Program-made: the position numbers and the translations under genes
From: an uncultured bacterium
GTDB taxonomy: Bacteria > Electryoneota > AABM5-125-24 > Hatepunaeales > Hatepunaeaceae
Length of the DNA stretch: 64,000 nucleotides
Assembly (NCBI GenBank): GCA_964387885.1
Contig: CAYLYZ010000005.1
Span: forward strand, 11,404 to 75,403
Direction: 5' to 3'
Shown here: positions 46,677 through 56,610 of the stretch, one piece after another
Position numbering within the stretch: position 1 is the stretch's first letter
Layout: each line of letters begins with the position of its first letter
Notes under the pieces: generated by a model
What the model was told of the DNA's origin: nothing
Databases searched by the model: none
What the model saw: the letters and a program-made list of their open reading frames with translations, nothing else

Positions 46677-47030
46677 ATGAGTAATCCAGTCGTTCATTTC
46701 GAAATTGCCACAAAGGACAGCGCAAAAGCATGTGAATTTTATGGCAAATTATTCAACTGGAATATCCGTGTTATGGATACTATGAACTATTCTCTCGTTG
46801 AAGAAGGTGAAGGCGGCATACCTGGTGGTATCTTTCAGGGAGAAGAGGATCAATGCCCACCATATGTCACAATTTATGTTAAGGTGGATGACCTTCAGAA
46901 AAGTCTCGACCATGCAATCGAGTTAGGAGGCACACAGGTTGTCCCTCCAACCCACATTTCAGAAGCAGGTTCTTTCGCGATGTTCAGTGATCCGGATGGA
47001 AACGTCATCGGCTTATGGAAGGCAGCGTAG
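46677..47030 (+). CDS. VOC (glyoxalase / bleomycin-resistance / dioxygenase) superfamily protein.
   Basis: 117 aa. VHFEIATKD...FYGKLFNW...GGIPGG...SDPDGNVIGLW is the typical VOC fold signature. Confidence 0.8.
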   Translation: MSNPVVHFEIATKDSAKACEFYGKLFNWNIRVMDTMNYSLVEEGEGGIPGGIFQGEEDQCPPYVTIYVKVDDLQKSLDHAIELGGTQVVPPTHISEAGSFAMFSDPDGNVIGLWKAA

Positions 47031-47217
47031 AATCTGATTATTTGATGTTTCCCTGCACTACAGGGGAATACGGATAGAATATCATATCGGACCAAACTCT
47101 TTCACATTCATGGTGTGTAACTCAATCCGGATTTTCAAATCACTGGAAGGTCCGGGTTGTATTTAACAACATAAAGTAAGCAAATACCTGATATCAGGTA
47201 CAATTTGGAACAGGAAA

Positions 47218-47472
47218 TTGCAGTACGAATCTCTCACTGAACCAATTGAGGTCATTGTACATTTTGCCTCAAACGGAATCAGACCCATCCGTTTTCTGTG
47301 GCGAGGAGCAGCTCATCGAGTCGAAACTGTTCGAGGAAAATGGACAACTCTTGAAGGACAACGGCAATGCCGCCATTTCGCTGTAACCGCAGATGGTGTT
47401 GGTAACTGCGAAATAGTATTTGATCTCGATTCAATGATTTGGAAAATCGAATCCGTTGCAGTCATGAACTAA
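47218..47472 (+). CDS. Hypothetical 84-aa ORF with a TTG start. Doubtful.
   Basis: No Shine-Dalgarno and no homology recognised. Its only support is its position upstream of dinB, flanked by palindromes. Confidence 0.2.
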   Translation: MQYESLTEPIEVIVHFASNGIRPIRFLWRGAAHRVETVRGKWTTLEGQRQCRHFAVTADGVGNCEIVFDLDSMIWKIESVAVMN

Positions 47473-47573
47473 ATATTCACATCAAATTACATTGTAATTT
47501 CACAAGCAAGGTAACATGTTTTAAGTTGGAAACAATCGGATGAAAGATAATCTAAATATAGCCTTGGGCAATA

Positions 47574-48938
47574 ATGGGATGGCAAAAAGGACCGGGTAGC
47601 AGGTACGCACCATTAACACCTGCTGTGCTGGATCCGGGGTGTGAGGAACACTCACCGGAAATCCCCCGAACCTACCTCCATATCGATATGGACGCCTTTT
47701 TCGCTTCGGTTGAAGAGCGAGATAATCCGGATCTGAAAGGAAAACCGGTCGCTGTTGGGGGAGGTCCCGGAAAAAGAGGTGTTGTAACTACCGCAAATTA
47801 TGTCGCCAGAAAATTCGGATTACACTCGGGCATGTCTTCATTCGAAGCTCAAAAGAAATGTCCGGATGCGGTGTTTCTCCCAATCAACGGCAGTAAATAT
47901 ATATATGTATCTGCCCAGATAATGGCTGCCCTTGAAAGTTTCTCACCCATTGTCAGACCATTATCCGTTGATGAGGCTTCTCTGGATATTACCGGATGTG
48001 ACCGTCATTATGGCAACCTCGCGATGCTTGGTCAGGCAATAAAGGACAAAATTCGCGAGAAGTTTGAACTTCCCTGTACTGTGGGGATTGGGCCTAACAG
48101 ACTTATTGCGAAAATGGCAGCCAACATCGGCAAACCAGATGGTTTATTAGTCCTCGATTCAGAGGGAGCAGCAAAAGCATTTGCTCCACTTCCGGTTGAT
48201 AAAATGGTCGGCATTGGCAAGTCCACATCTGCCGCACTTGAAGGAATCGGGATTAGAACATTAGGTGATCTGGCAAATTGTTCGGACTATAAACTTAAAA
48301 ACCGGTTCGGGATTATTGGTCCAAACATGAAGAAGATGGCTCGTGGAGAATGGGCAGGAAGAATGCGTCTTGATGATGAACGCGCACCGATTGAAAAATC
48401 TATCGGGCACTCAAGAACATTCAGCGAGAATATTTCCGATATTGTTGAACTCAGATGCCGTCTTGTTGGTCTGTCGGAAATGGTTGCACGAAGAGTGCGA
48501 CGTGCACAGGTTGTTGGGCAGGTTCTTACATTGAAACTGCGATACCCCGATTTCAGGACACCAAGTCACCAGATGCGAATGCCCTCAGCTACAGATGATG
48601 AAGAAACTCTTATCGACTATGCCTGGAAACTGCTTAGTGAGCTCTGGAATCCGGGAGCACCTGTACGCCTGCTGGGTGTATCTCTCCGTGAGCTCGCCCC
48701 AAAAAAAGAATGGTCAGGACAATTGAACCTGTTTTCATTAAGAAGGCAAAGACGGGCATGTGATCTTCACGAGGCTTTAGATACTCTTCGCGACCGATTC
48801 GGAGAAAATGTTGTCTCGCGTGCAATGAGTGGCAGATACAAGGGAAAACCAAAGCGAGGATCTTCAGGCGAAATTATCCCATTTGGCCACCGTTTATCCA
48901 TGAGTCGTCAACCTGCAACTTCTGATATTCCAAACTAA
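47574..48938 (+). CDS. dinB: Y-family DNA polymerase IV.
   Basis: LHIDMDAFFASVEERDNPDLKGKPVAVGG. Catalytic SVDEASLDIT. Little-finger region. 454 aa. Confidence 0.85.
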   Translation: MGWQKGPGSRYAPLTPAVLDPGCEEHSPEIPRTYLHIDMDAFFASVEERDNPDLKGKPVAVGGGPGKRGVVTTANYVARKFGLHSGMSSFEAQKKCPDAVFLPINGSKYIYVSAQIMAALESFSPIVRPLSVDEASLDITGCDRHYGNLAMLGQAIKDKIREKFELPCTVGIGPNRLIAKMAANIGKPDGLLVLDSEGAAKAFAPLPVDKMVGIGKSTSAALEGIGIRTLGDLANCSDYKLKNRFGIIGPNMKKMARGEWAGRMRLDDERAPIEKSIGHSRTFSENISDIVELRCRLVGLSEMVARRVRRAQVVGQVLTLKLRYPDFRTPSHQMRMPSATDDEETLIDYAWKLLSELWNPGAPVRLLGVSLRELAPKKEWSGQLNLFSLRRQRRACDLHEALDTLRDRFGENVVSRAMSGRYKGKPKRGSSGEIIPFGHRLSMSRQPATSDIPN

Positions 48939-49495
48939 TATATTTCTACAACAATTTGTATATACACTATTTCGGTCGTATTCTTTTAAAATTTGTCTTA
49001 TTGATTTCTTCCCGTTGTTTGGCATTACAACAATATTGGGATTGTATTACCACAATTATCCATATTAATTTGGGTTTGTTTCCATTTTGGTTTTACGCTC
49101 AGACACAATCACTGATATAGGGTTAATTGCTAATTTGGGCCTTTTACCATTATCATTTTCAATGAATTAATTGTTGGATAACGGACACCTTTCGATTTAG
49201 AGGCTTTCAATTCTTAATACAGATTATTATTATTACAGTACTGCTCGCTACGAATTTGCTACCATTTTGGCTACATAAACCGTGTTTTGTGATTACCTTG
49301 TCCCGGAGACAAATCAGATTGTATTCACTATCTAACATGACCACTCTTCAGGTTTTTGGTTTGTTGTGTGCAAAAACTTCTTTTTCCATTACACAAGCAA
49401 CGTCTTTTCAGTGTTATTCCGAGACACTCTATTCAAGTTTCGGTTCTACATACTTTCAATGTCCAGTTTCGCCAGTTTCTGCCTCGGAATAAACA

Positions 49496-51241
49496 TTGAA
49501 TTATTATCAGAAACTAATATTATGGATTGGCATCGGAATAATTGCCTGCATGGGATTATTCCCTCCCTGGGTGATGACCCGTTTAATTGATGGGGCTGTC
49601 TTTACGAAAGCAATTGGGTATTCCTTCATTTTTGCATCACCTGAAGATGCAAATACTATCGACTTTCTGAGGTTGATAGTACAATGGTTTGTTATTATTA
49701 TCATCACCCTCGCACTTATTTTTACTTTCAAAGATCCCACAAAACTCAAACCACTGCCCTCTGTAGATTCTTCGGATACTCAGGATAATCGGGATAATCA
49801 GGATATTCAGGATGAACCAGTTGAAGGTACTGAAAAAACCCCCACCGCACCATTAGATATTCTACCGGATACCGAGGCAACCGCAAAAGACAGGATGGAG
49901 CTTTTCGGTGGTGCTGAACCTATGAACACGTATGAGCAGAGGCAGACGTTCCCAACCCTCCAGGAGTTGGTCAAGCGGGAAGCAGAAAAATCCCAGGCAG
50001 AAGATAAAGATGATACTGATGATATTGAAAAAGAAGAAGAAGAAAAACAAAAAGAGGCAGCTGAAGAAGATAAAAAAGAAGATCCAAGATTTCTTAAAGC
50101 AATTCATGTGTTTATGGGACGTCGAGATTCGAAATATGTCCCTAAATTTATCCCCCGCAAAGTTTGGATTTGGGTTACAATCGTTGGCCTTATTGTAATA
50201 ATCGCGATTTTATTCTCCATGCCGCGATTTAAACAGAAGGGTATTTCTATCTTTATGTCCGATAGAAATTTAATCAAGGAAATGGTAACTGAGGCTTCGC
50301 AGACTAAAATGGTCAGGGGACATGAACGGTTTATTCGGTCAATTGCATATAGTCCCGATAGTAAATATTTAGTCACCGGAAGCTATGATAATACTATCAA
50401 AATTTGGGACGCTACTGGCGGATATGAGCTCAAAACTCTTTTAGGACATACCGATCGAGTTCGATCCGTTAAATTCAGCCCTGATGGAAAGTGGATAGCT
50501 AGTGGCAGCGATGATAAAACAGTCAGGTTATGGAGTGTGGAAAGTGGTCTCGAAGCTATTGTATTTGAGGGGCACACAGATAAAGTACGAACGGTGGCGT
50601 TTCACCCTTCCGGTGAAATAATTGCCAGTGGTAGCAGCGATACTAATATTAAATTATGGAGTACAGAGAGCGTTTCTGAATTGAGGACACTTGCTGGTCA
50701 TTCTGCTGAAATATGGTCAGTGGATTTTGATACAAAAGGTCGTTATCTGGCAAGTGGAGGTGATAATAAGCTGTCTGAGGGCGGCCAGATATTTTTATGG
50801 GATTATAAATCAAGCAAAATTTTGAGAACACTCGATATTAAAACTGGGACACCTATCGCCATAGAAATCAGCCCGGATGATCAAGCGTTGGCAGCATGTA
50901 TAGCCGTTCGTGAGAAAAGCAAGGATGGCTGGGAGAGTGGGAAAATTGTAATATGGGAATTGTTTACTGGGAAAATAATCGACCATCTTAAACCCGGTCG
51001 AAATATTACGTGTACATCACTATCCTTTCACAACAATGGTCGTCTTTTGGCAAGTGGTGATAACCAGAAGAGCATTCGCTTATGGGATATTAAGCGTGGG
51101 ATTGAAGTAAAGGAAATGAAAGGACATTTGAACCTGATTAGTTCAATCGCATTCAGCCCCGATGGTACCCAATTAGTAAGCGCCAGTACTGATAGGGGAA
51201 ACGAAAGTGGGGAAATACATATGTGGGGACCATTTAAATAG
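49496..51241 (+). CDS. Membrane-anchored WD40-repeat protein with an acidic/lysine-rich low-complexity linker. Start is uncertain (TTG 49496 or ATG 49548).
   Basis: Two N-terminal TM helices. EKEEEEKQKEAAEEDKKED linker. About 7 WD40 repeats (GHERFIRSIAYSPDSKYLVTGSYDNTIKIWD, GHTDRVRSVKFSPDGKWIASGSDDKTVRLWS). Confidence 0.8.
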   Translation: MNYYQKLILWIGIGIIACMGLFPPWVMTRLIDGAVFTKAIGYSFIFASPEDANTIDFLRLIVQWFVIIIITLALIFTFKDPTKLKPLPSVDSSDTQDNRDNQDIQDEPVEGTEKTPTAPLDILPDTEATAKDRMELFGGAEPMNTYEQRQTFPTLQELVKREAEKSQAEDKDDTDDIEKEEEEKQKEAAEEDKKEDPRFLKAIHVFMGRRDSKYVPKFIPRKVWIWVTIVGLIVIIAILFSMPRFKQKGISIFMSDRNLIKEMVTEASQTKMVRGHERFIRSIAYSPDSKYLVTGSYDNTIKIWDATGGYELKTLLGHTDRVRSVKFSPDGKWIASGSDDKTVRLWSVESGLEAIVFEGHTDKVRTVAFHPSGEIIASGSSDTNIKLWSTESVSELRTLAGHSAEIWSVDFDTKGRYLASGGDNKLSEGGQIFLWDYKSSKILRTLDIKTGTPIAIEISPDDQALAACIAVREKSKDGWESGKIVIWELFTGKIIDHLKPGRNITCTSLSFHNNGRLLASGDNQKSIRLWDIKRGIEVKEMKGHLNLISSIAFSPDGTQLVSASTDRGNESGEIHMWGPFK

Positions 51242-51654
51242 ATATATCCTTCTAATCGTACATTTGCTCGGAAAAACTGACTTTGAATTCAGATCTCATT
51301 ATTGATAAATACAGCTGCCTCAAAACAATCAGCCACCTGAAGGCAAATTCATGTTGCACATCGTATTACAGATATATTGAACACTGCTGAACCTGATTTG
51401 TAAAATAATTCTCATTGAATTAAATATGGGCAATGACAAATATTCTTCTTATATTACAAGCATTGGAGATGATCTCAATGTTACTCCTCTGATTCGAATC
51501 TACATCAATTTCATACGGAAATCCGAGTGTTGAGTTCAATGATAAATGGTCTGACCAAATATCATTGAGATTGGTATTCACTGTGATGATCCTTTAAAAC
51601 GAAAAACACATATTATGTTAGAATTCAACGCAACCAATACTGAGGAATATTCAA

Positions 51655-52545
51655 TTGCCCGGTAACATGAACAACCGAATTTTAGAGATTACCAGGCAAC
51701 TTAAGAATCCACCAAAGCTACCTCCAGAAATGGTCTCTCTGTTGGAACTTATTGATAACCCGGAAACAACCGCACCAATACTGGCACGATTTATTAACAG
51801 TGATTTAATTCTGACAACAAAAATACTGAATCTCGCAAACTCAAGCTTTTATAGATTTCCTCAAAGAATCAGAACCATTAATCACGCAATAGTGGTGTTG
51901 GGATTCCAGTCTGTTAGAGATCTCGGACTTCTAATCTCTGCTTATAAAGCACTAACAGATGGTGAATATCAAAATTATTTTGATCCCACTCAATTCTGGC
52001 TCCATTCAATTGCAACCTCTGCCGGATGCAAAATCATCGCGGAGAAAAGTAACTTCAAAATTCCTGGTGAAGTATTAGTAACAGGATTTTTACACGATAT
52101 CGGAATTTTAATCTTATGTGATAGTTTTGGAGATAGATATAAAGACATTCTTAAAACTTCCAGTGATGAAAAAATCAGCCTGTATGAGGCTGAAATGAGA
52201 GTTTTAGGATTTTCGCATGCGGATGTAGGCGGATATATTTTAGAGAAGTGGAATATTTCATCGTACCATAGTTCTGCAATTTATGATTATCCTCACCCAT
52301 GGAAATCTACTGATCTACCGAATACGGCAATGCTTGTTAACTTTTCAGATATTCTGGCGCGAAGAATGGGATTGCGTATTGTTGAAAGTGATATGTTTCC
52401 TGAAATTCATCCCAAAGTAATTTCATATTTGAATCTCAGGCTTATGGGATCGGGAGATATTGATTGGGATTATTATCGAGGTCTTTTATCTGACGAGATG
52501 AATAATGCCAGAGCATTCTTAAGTGTCCTGAGAGCAAATAACTGA
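51655..52545 (+). CDS. HDOD (HD-related output domain) signalling protein.
   Basis: LPPEMVSLLELIDNPETTAPILARFINSDLILTTKILNLANSSFY...VTGFLHDIGILIL. Confidence 0.8.
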   Translation: MPGNMNNRILEITRQLKNPPKLPPEMVSLLELIDNPETTAPILARFINSDLILTTKILNLANSSFYRFPQRIRTINHAIVVLGFQSVRDLGLLISAYKALTDGEYQNYFDPTQFWLHSIATSAGCKIIAEKSNFKIPGEVLVTGFLHDIGILILCDSFGDRYKDILKTSSDEKISLYEAEMRVLGFSHADVGGYILEKWNISSYHSSAIYDYPHPWKSTDLPNTAMLVNFSDILARRMGLRIVESDMFPEIHPKVISYLNLRLMGSGDIDWDYYRGLLSDEMNNARAFLSVLRANN

Positions 52546-52854
52546 TATTGCAAATATTACTACTCCTGAACCGCCAATTCAAGCACTACATAGTATAAAG
52601 CTTCATCAGACAGTTCTTGCTCTAATATAGCAGAACTTACCATTCTAAAGCTTTCCCTGCGTGATGAAAAATCTTATTATTAAAGTGAGTGAAGTTGAAT
52701 TTGATGGATTTGGAAGACGGTAATAATCTCAACTTTACCCTTAGGTGTGAAAAATAGTCCGTAAACAAACTAATGGTTGTTATAAGCAAACACTGTTGTT
52801 GTCGAATGGTGTTTGAAAGTGTCACAATAAATTTACATTACTTTTTTTGAAATT

Positions 52855-53610
52855 TTGCCTGATCTAAAGGGAGGGAGTTTTGTGATAAAATCTTCTGAAC
52901 GAATCTTAGTAAAGCAAGAAAAAACACCCGACAATATCTCTGATCATTGTCTTCGTTTAAGCCGAATCTCTGCATTAGGCTTTATGTCAAGTTCGATGAT
53001 GCATGATATCGGTAATGCACTGACAGTAATATCAGGAAACTCCCAGATTATTCAGATTAAAGGGGATAATCAGACTATCGATCAAATCCAGTCACGCATC
53101 GAAACTATTTTGGAGCAGGTAGTACGCATTCAAAACATCACCGACAGGGTTGGAAGCTTTGGTTCGCGGTTATCCGGTGTTCAAAAGAAAATCGATCCGT
53201 ATTATCCTCTTGGTAATGCACTTTATGCACTTTCCAGAAAATGTAGTATAGCTGGCATTGAATGTGAATCCAATAATTCAAAAAAATTGGCTAATATCTT
53301 CTGTGACCCATCAATAATGGAGTTCATTTTTCTTGAATTCCTGTTATTATTCCTTAAACACCCAATTGACGGAAGCAAGCTGACTGTCAATAGTGAATTG
53401 GATAAAGGCAAATTCAACATCAAAGCCTGGTTTACATCTAAAAGCAGTATGCAGAAAATTTTTGAACTCTGGGATAATCCAAACCTCGAATCTTCTCTCT
53501 ATGCGGCCCTGATTGGACTTGAAGAATGTAAAGGCACGGTTAAACTAATCAAAAATACCGAAGGTGTTGGATGGCTAATTTCAATATCTTCAAGCACTAA
53601 TGAGGAATAA
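52855..53610 (+). CDS. Atypical histidine-kinase-like protein. It has a HisKA-type H-box but a degenerate ATPase region.
   Basis: MMHDIGNALTVISGNSQ is the H-box. Downstream N/G boxes are not recognisable. 251 aa. Confidence 0.55.
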   Translation: MPDLKGGSFVIKSSERILVKQEKTPDNISDHCLRLSRISALGFMSSSMMHDIGNALTVISGNSQIIQIKGDNQTIDQIQSRIETILEQVVRIQNITDRVGSFGSRLSGVQKKIDPYYPLGNALYALSRKCSIAGIECESNNSKKLANIFCDPSIMEFIFLEFLLLFLKHPIDGSKLTVNSELDKGKFNIKAWFTSKSSMQKIFELWDNPNLESSLYAALIGLEECKGTVKLIKNTEGVGWLISISSSTNEE

Positions 53611-53644
53611 GGTGAAAATAATCATTTGTTTATTCAGATGTGAG

Positions 53645-54667
53645 ATGTTGAAGTTACGCACCATAACCTCCTTTTCAATAATCCTGACTCTCCTCGGCTT
53701 AGGATGCGAAATTGAGAATTTCCCGGGTTCCGGAGGAGAACCGGAAGGTACTCTTTTTGTTTCTGCTTCAGATTCTCTTGACAAAACTGTCGAGGGAGCA
53801 TCAATCCTTATTGATGGTGTGGAAACACCGGGAAGGACTCCCGCTTTCATTCATGGAATATCTGAAGGTGAACATCAACTAATTATTCGCGAGTTTGGTT
53901 TTTGGAATGATACTTCACGAGTTGAAATCTCAGGTGGGGATACTACAGAGGTATTCGCCATCTTGCACGCTGTACCCTCAAACATGACTGGGAATTTGAC
54001 AGTGGAATCATCACCTGCAGGTGCTGTTTTGCTAATTAACGGCAGGAAACATTTCGTGGACAATACAGCTGCGATAACACCGGGCTCCTTTGAACTGCCC
54101 TGGGGCAGGTATAATTTATCCGTTCATCTTAATGGCTATGCAACTATTTCTCCTTTACTGCCCGGAATAGAAATCCTGCCAGGTGAAAACCAAAATCTGG
54201 ATTTTTCTCTTACTGCCACCGAATCCGGTCTTCTAACCGGGAATCTACCATACTCATTTACTCTTGAGAACATTTCAGGGGATTCTATTTCGGTTACTGA
54301 TTTAACAGGCTATGTAGTTCTTATCAATTTCTGGTATGCAGCTTGCGCACCCTGTATCGCTGAATTTCCGGGAATTGAAAACGTCTATCGAAAGTATAAT
54401 ACTGATGGCTTCCGAGTCTTGGCTATTAATCCTATGCGACCGGACAACCGTGAAGCAGTGATCCAAAAACAGGATGAATTGGACATGACTTTCCAGTTAT
54501 TGCTCGATTGGGATCAGCATGTAACACGGGATTTGTATGTGGTTGGAGAATTTCCGCAAAACTTCCTTATTGACAGAACCGGCAGAATTCATGATGTCAG
54601 AGGTGGAGTTGAGGAATCTGAACTGGATTCAATGGTAAGTGATTTACTTCAAACAAGTGGACAATAA
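53645..54667 (+). CDS. Lipoprotein with an N-terminal PEGA domain and a C-terminal TlpA/ResA-like thioredoxin (thiol:disulfide oxidoreductase).
   Basis: Lipobox LLGLGC. ILIDGVETPGRTPAFIHGISEGEHQLIIREFGF is the PEGA domain. LINFWYAACAPCIAEFP carries the CxxC (CAPC) thioredoxin fold motif. Confidence 0.75.
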   Translation: MLKLRTITSFSIILTLLGLGCEIENFPGSGGEPEGTLFVSASDSLDKTVEGASILIDGVETPGRTPAFIHGISEGEHQLIIREFGFWNDTSRVEISGGDTTEVFAILHAVPSNMTGNLTVESSPAGAVLLINGRKHFVDNTAAITPGSFELPWGRYNLSVHLNGYATISPLLPGIEILPGENQNLDFSLTATESGLLTGNLPYSFTLENISGDSISVTDLTGYVVLINFWYAACAPCIAEFPGIENVYRKYNTDGFRVLAINPMRPDNREAVIQKQDELDMTFQLLLDWDQHVTRDLYVVGEFPQNFLIDRTGRIHDVRGGVEESELDSMVSDLLQTSGQ

Positions 54668-54668
54668 T

Positions 54669-55385
54669 ATGAAGAATATACTGATTTTTCTGGTTTCAGT
54701 TTTAGTGCTATTCATCTCCGAAACAGCATTAGGACAACAATTTGAGTTCGTCCCGGACTCAACCGACGGTATCGGAGCTCCTGATGCGGAGAACAAATTT
54801 GAGGGTCCCATAACAAACCTCTGGGATCAAGAAAACAAAATTGAGTGGATTAAGCATGAAGACCTTCCGGAAGGCTGGACTGTTCAAATCTGTCAGTTTA
54901 CTCTAACATGCTGGATGGACTGGATTCTCTCTGATACAATAGTCTTACCACCCAATGGAGAAGATAAGCTCCAGGTAAAATTCTTTACGAATGATACAGA
55001 AGGCGTCGGTACTGTTACTTTGGATTTGACCCCGGTTTCAGATCCGGATCTTCACGAGTCGTTTACATTTACCCTTGCCCTCGGGGAAAACGACGTTCAG
55101 GAAAACACATCCTCGAATAATCGAGCCGGACTCAGCTTCGACATATCGAGCAATTTTGGTTTGTTTCACAACGCACAGTTAAATTCTCCGAACGATACCC
55201 GGGCAAAACTTGTAATGTATGATGTTAAAGGTCGAAAAGTCGATACGATTTGGGACGGAAAGTTAAACGCCGGTCATAATACCATTTCCCTAAATCCTTC
55301 ATCCAATCTAACAGGTGTATATTTTGTGAGGCTTGAAACTTCAAATTTGGGAAACTTGACAAGAAGGATGATCCTTCTCAATTAA
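54669..55385 (+). CDS. Small secreted protein with a T9SS-type CTD (type A-like, lacking the PNPFN box).
   Basis: Signal peptide MKNILIFLVSVLVLFISETALGQQ. C-terminus KLVMYDVKGRKVDTIWDGKLNAGHNTISL...GVYFVRLETSN. Confidence 0.6.
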   Translation: MKNILIFLVSVLVLFISETALGQQFEFVPDSTDGIGAPDAENKFEGPITNLWDQENKIEWIKHEDLPEGWTVQICQFTLTCWMDWILSDTIVLPPNGEDKLQVKFFTNDTEGVGTVTLDLTPVSDPDLHESFTFTLALGENDVQENTSSNNRAGLSFDISSNFGLFHNAQLNSPNDTRAKLVMYDVKGRKVDTIWDGKLNAGHNTISLNPSSNLTGVYFVRLETSNLGNLTRRMILLN

Positions 55386-55435
55386 TTTGAGTCAAGAATT
55401 TTATAGAATCGCGGTTATACGAGTCAACTTATTTA

Positions 55436-56368
55436 TTACTCTTTACTTTCCGGGGGAGCAAGATTGACAATTGCCAATACTCCGTCATTGATTTTTGTCG
55501 ATGTTTCAAGATGAGACACCAATAACGGAGATTTTGCACCTAATAATGACTGAATATTAGAATTCATATCAGAAAATCCATTTACCGAATCTAACGAAAT
55601 AGGTTTGGAATTATTTGGCACAATAAAATGAGTATGCGACAGAAGTTCGGAAGCTGAACCTGAATCTCCCGGGGATGAGTAAAATGCTCGATTGCGAACC
55701 GTTTGTTCCACATCTTTTCCTCCAAAACTTTCCCAAATCTTTCCATAAGGTCTTGTTATTATACCAACTACTATAAAATGAGTTTGTTCTGGTATTTTGT
55801 CCTGAGCAAAAAGTATATCAAATCCCTTCGAGGAGATAGAAAAAGGTAAACCACTGGAATCGAAAGCCTTGTGCATACCACGATTAATTGCTATCGGGGA
55901 TTTTTTGAGTCGTTTATGAACAATTAAGTCTGATTGGCAAGAGACAATTCCAAAGAAGCCTAAAATCGGTGATTCTGAATTTATTGTCTTATTCAACTGG
56001 CCGATTAGCGAAGAGAAAAAAATCGATTCATTTAGATCAAGTCGAATCAACAATTGCGGATCATGCTCCCATCCCACTAAGAAAGGAGACCAGCCTGTTT
56101 GATATGAATCCACGATACAATCCGGATAAGCTGGTCTTGTAGTCATAAATTCTTCTGAGACACATATACTCTCACCAATTTCACCAAGAGCTTCCGCCTT
56201 TGAGTTCAGCCCACTTGAAGCACCCAATCCAAAGGAAAGATCATGTGATATTTTTTCCAGGTCTGATTCTTCACAGGAAGAACTCAGCACATTATTTATT
56301 TTCCCATACATTTCCAATTTGCCGGGGTGGGCATTCTCATTACAGCAAAGTACTTTGAACTGATCCAT
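55436..56368 (-). CDS. Hypothetical cytoplasmic protein (310 aa), no family recognised.
   Basis: Long ORF without overlap. Ser-rich. N-terminus MDQFKVLCCNENAHPG. Confidence 0.5.
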   Translation of the reverse strand: MDQFKVLCCNENAHPGKLEMYGKINNVLSSSCEESDLEKISHDLSFGLGASSGLNSKAEALGEIGESICVSEEFMTTRPAYPDCIVDSYQTGWSPFLVGWEHDPQLLIRLDLNESIFFSSLIGQLNKTINSESPILGFFGIVSCQSDLIVHKRLKKSPIAINRGMHKAFDSSGLPFSISSKGFDILFAQDKIPEQTHFIVVGIITRPYGKIWESFGGKDVEQTVRNRAFYSSPGDSGSASELLSHTHFIVPNNSKPISLDSVNGFSDMNSNIQSLLGAKSPLLVSHLETSTKINDGVLAIVNLAPPESKE

Positions 56369-56400
56369 ATCTTTCTGTTATAACATCTCTTAAAAGAGCT

Positions 56401-56482
56401 GTCATTGCGAGCGTAGCGAAGCAATCCATTATGTCACATATTTACAAATAGATCGCTTCGCCCCTGCGTTCCTCGCGACGAC
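56401..56482. repeat. About 82-nt hairpin repeat element, copy 2, in inverse orientation relative to copy 1 at 2838-2919.
   Basis: GTCATTGCGAGCGTAGCGAAGCAATCC...GATCGCTTCGCCCCTGCGTTCCTCGCGACGAC is about 85% identical to the reverse complement of copy 1. Confidence 0.7.
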
Positions 56483-56610
56483 ATCCATTCTTCTCTACTT
56501 TCGGGAAATGCTATAGACTCCTCAACATTTATTTTCTATCACAAGAAGTGCAAAAATTATGAACGCGCCAGTATTAACTGACGCGTTCATAAAACTTATA
56601 AATAGTGTAT

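Noticed and set aside
49862-50107. Minus-strand ORF rich in poly-Phe
   Set aside because: Antisense translation of the GAA/AAA-rich simple sequence encoding the acidic/lysine linker of the WD40 gene. Low-complexity artefact.
51486-51498. tRNA-like T-loop (GATTCGAATC)
   Set aside because: No complementary T-stem, acceptor stem or anticodon arm could be built around it. Likely a chance match.
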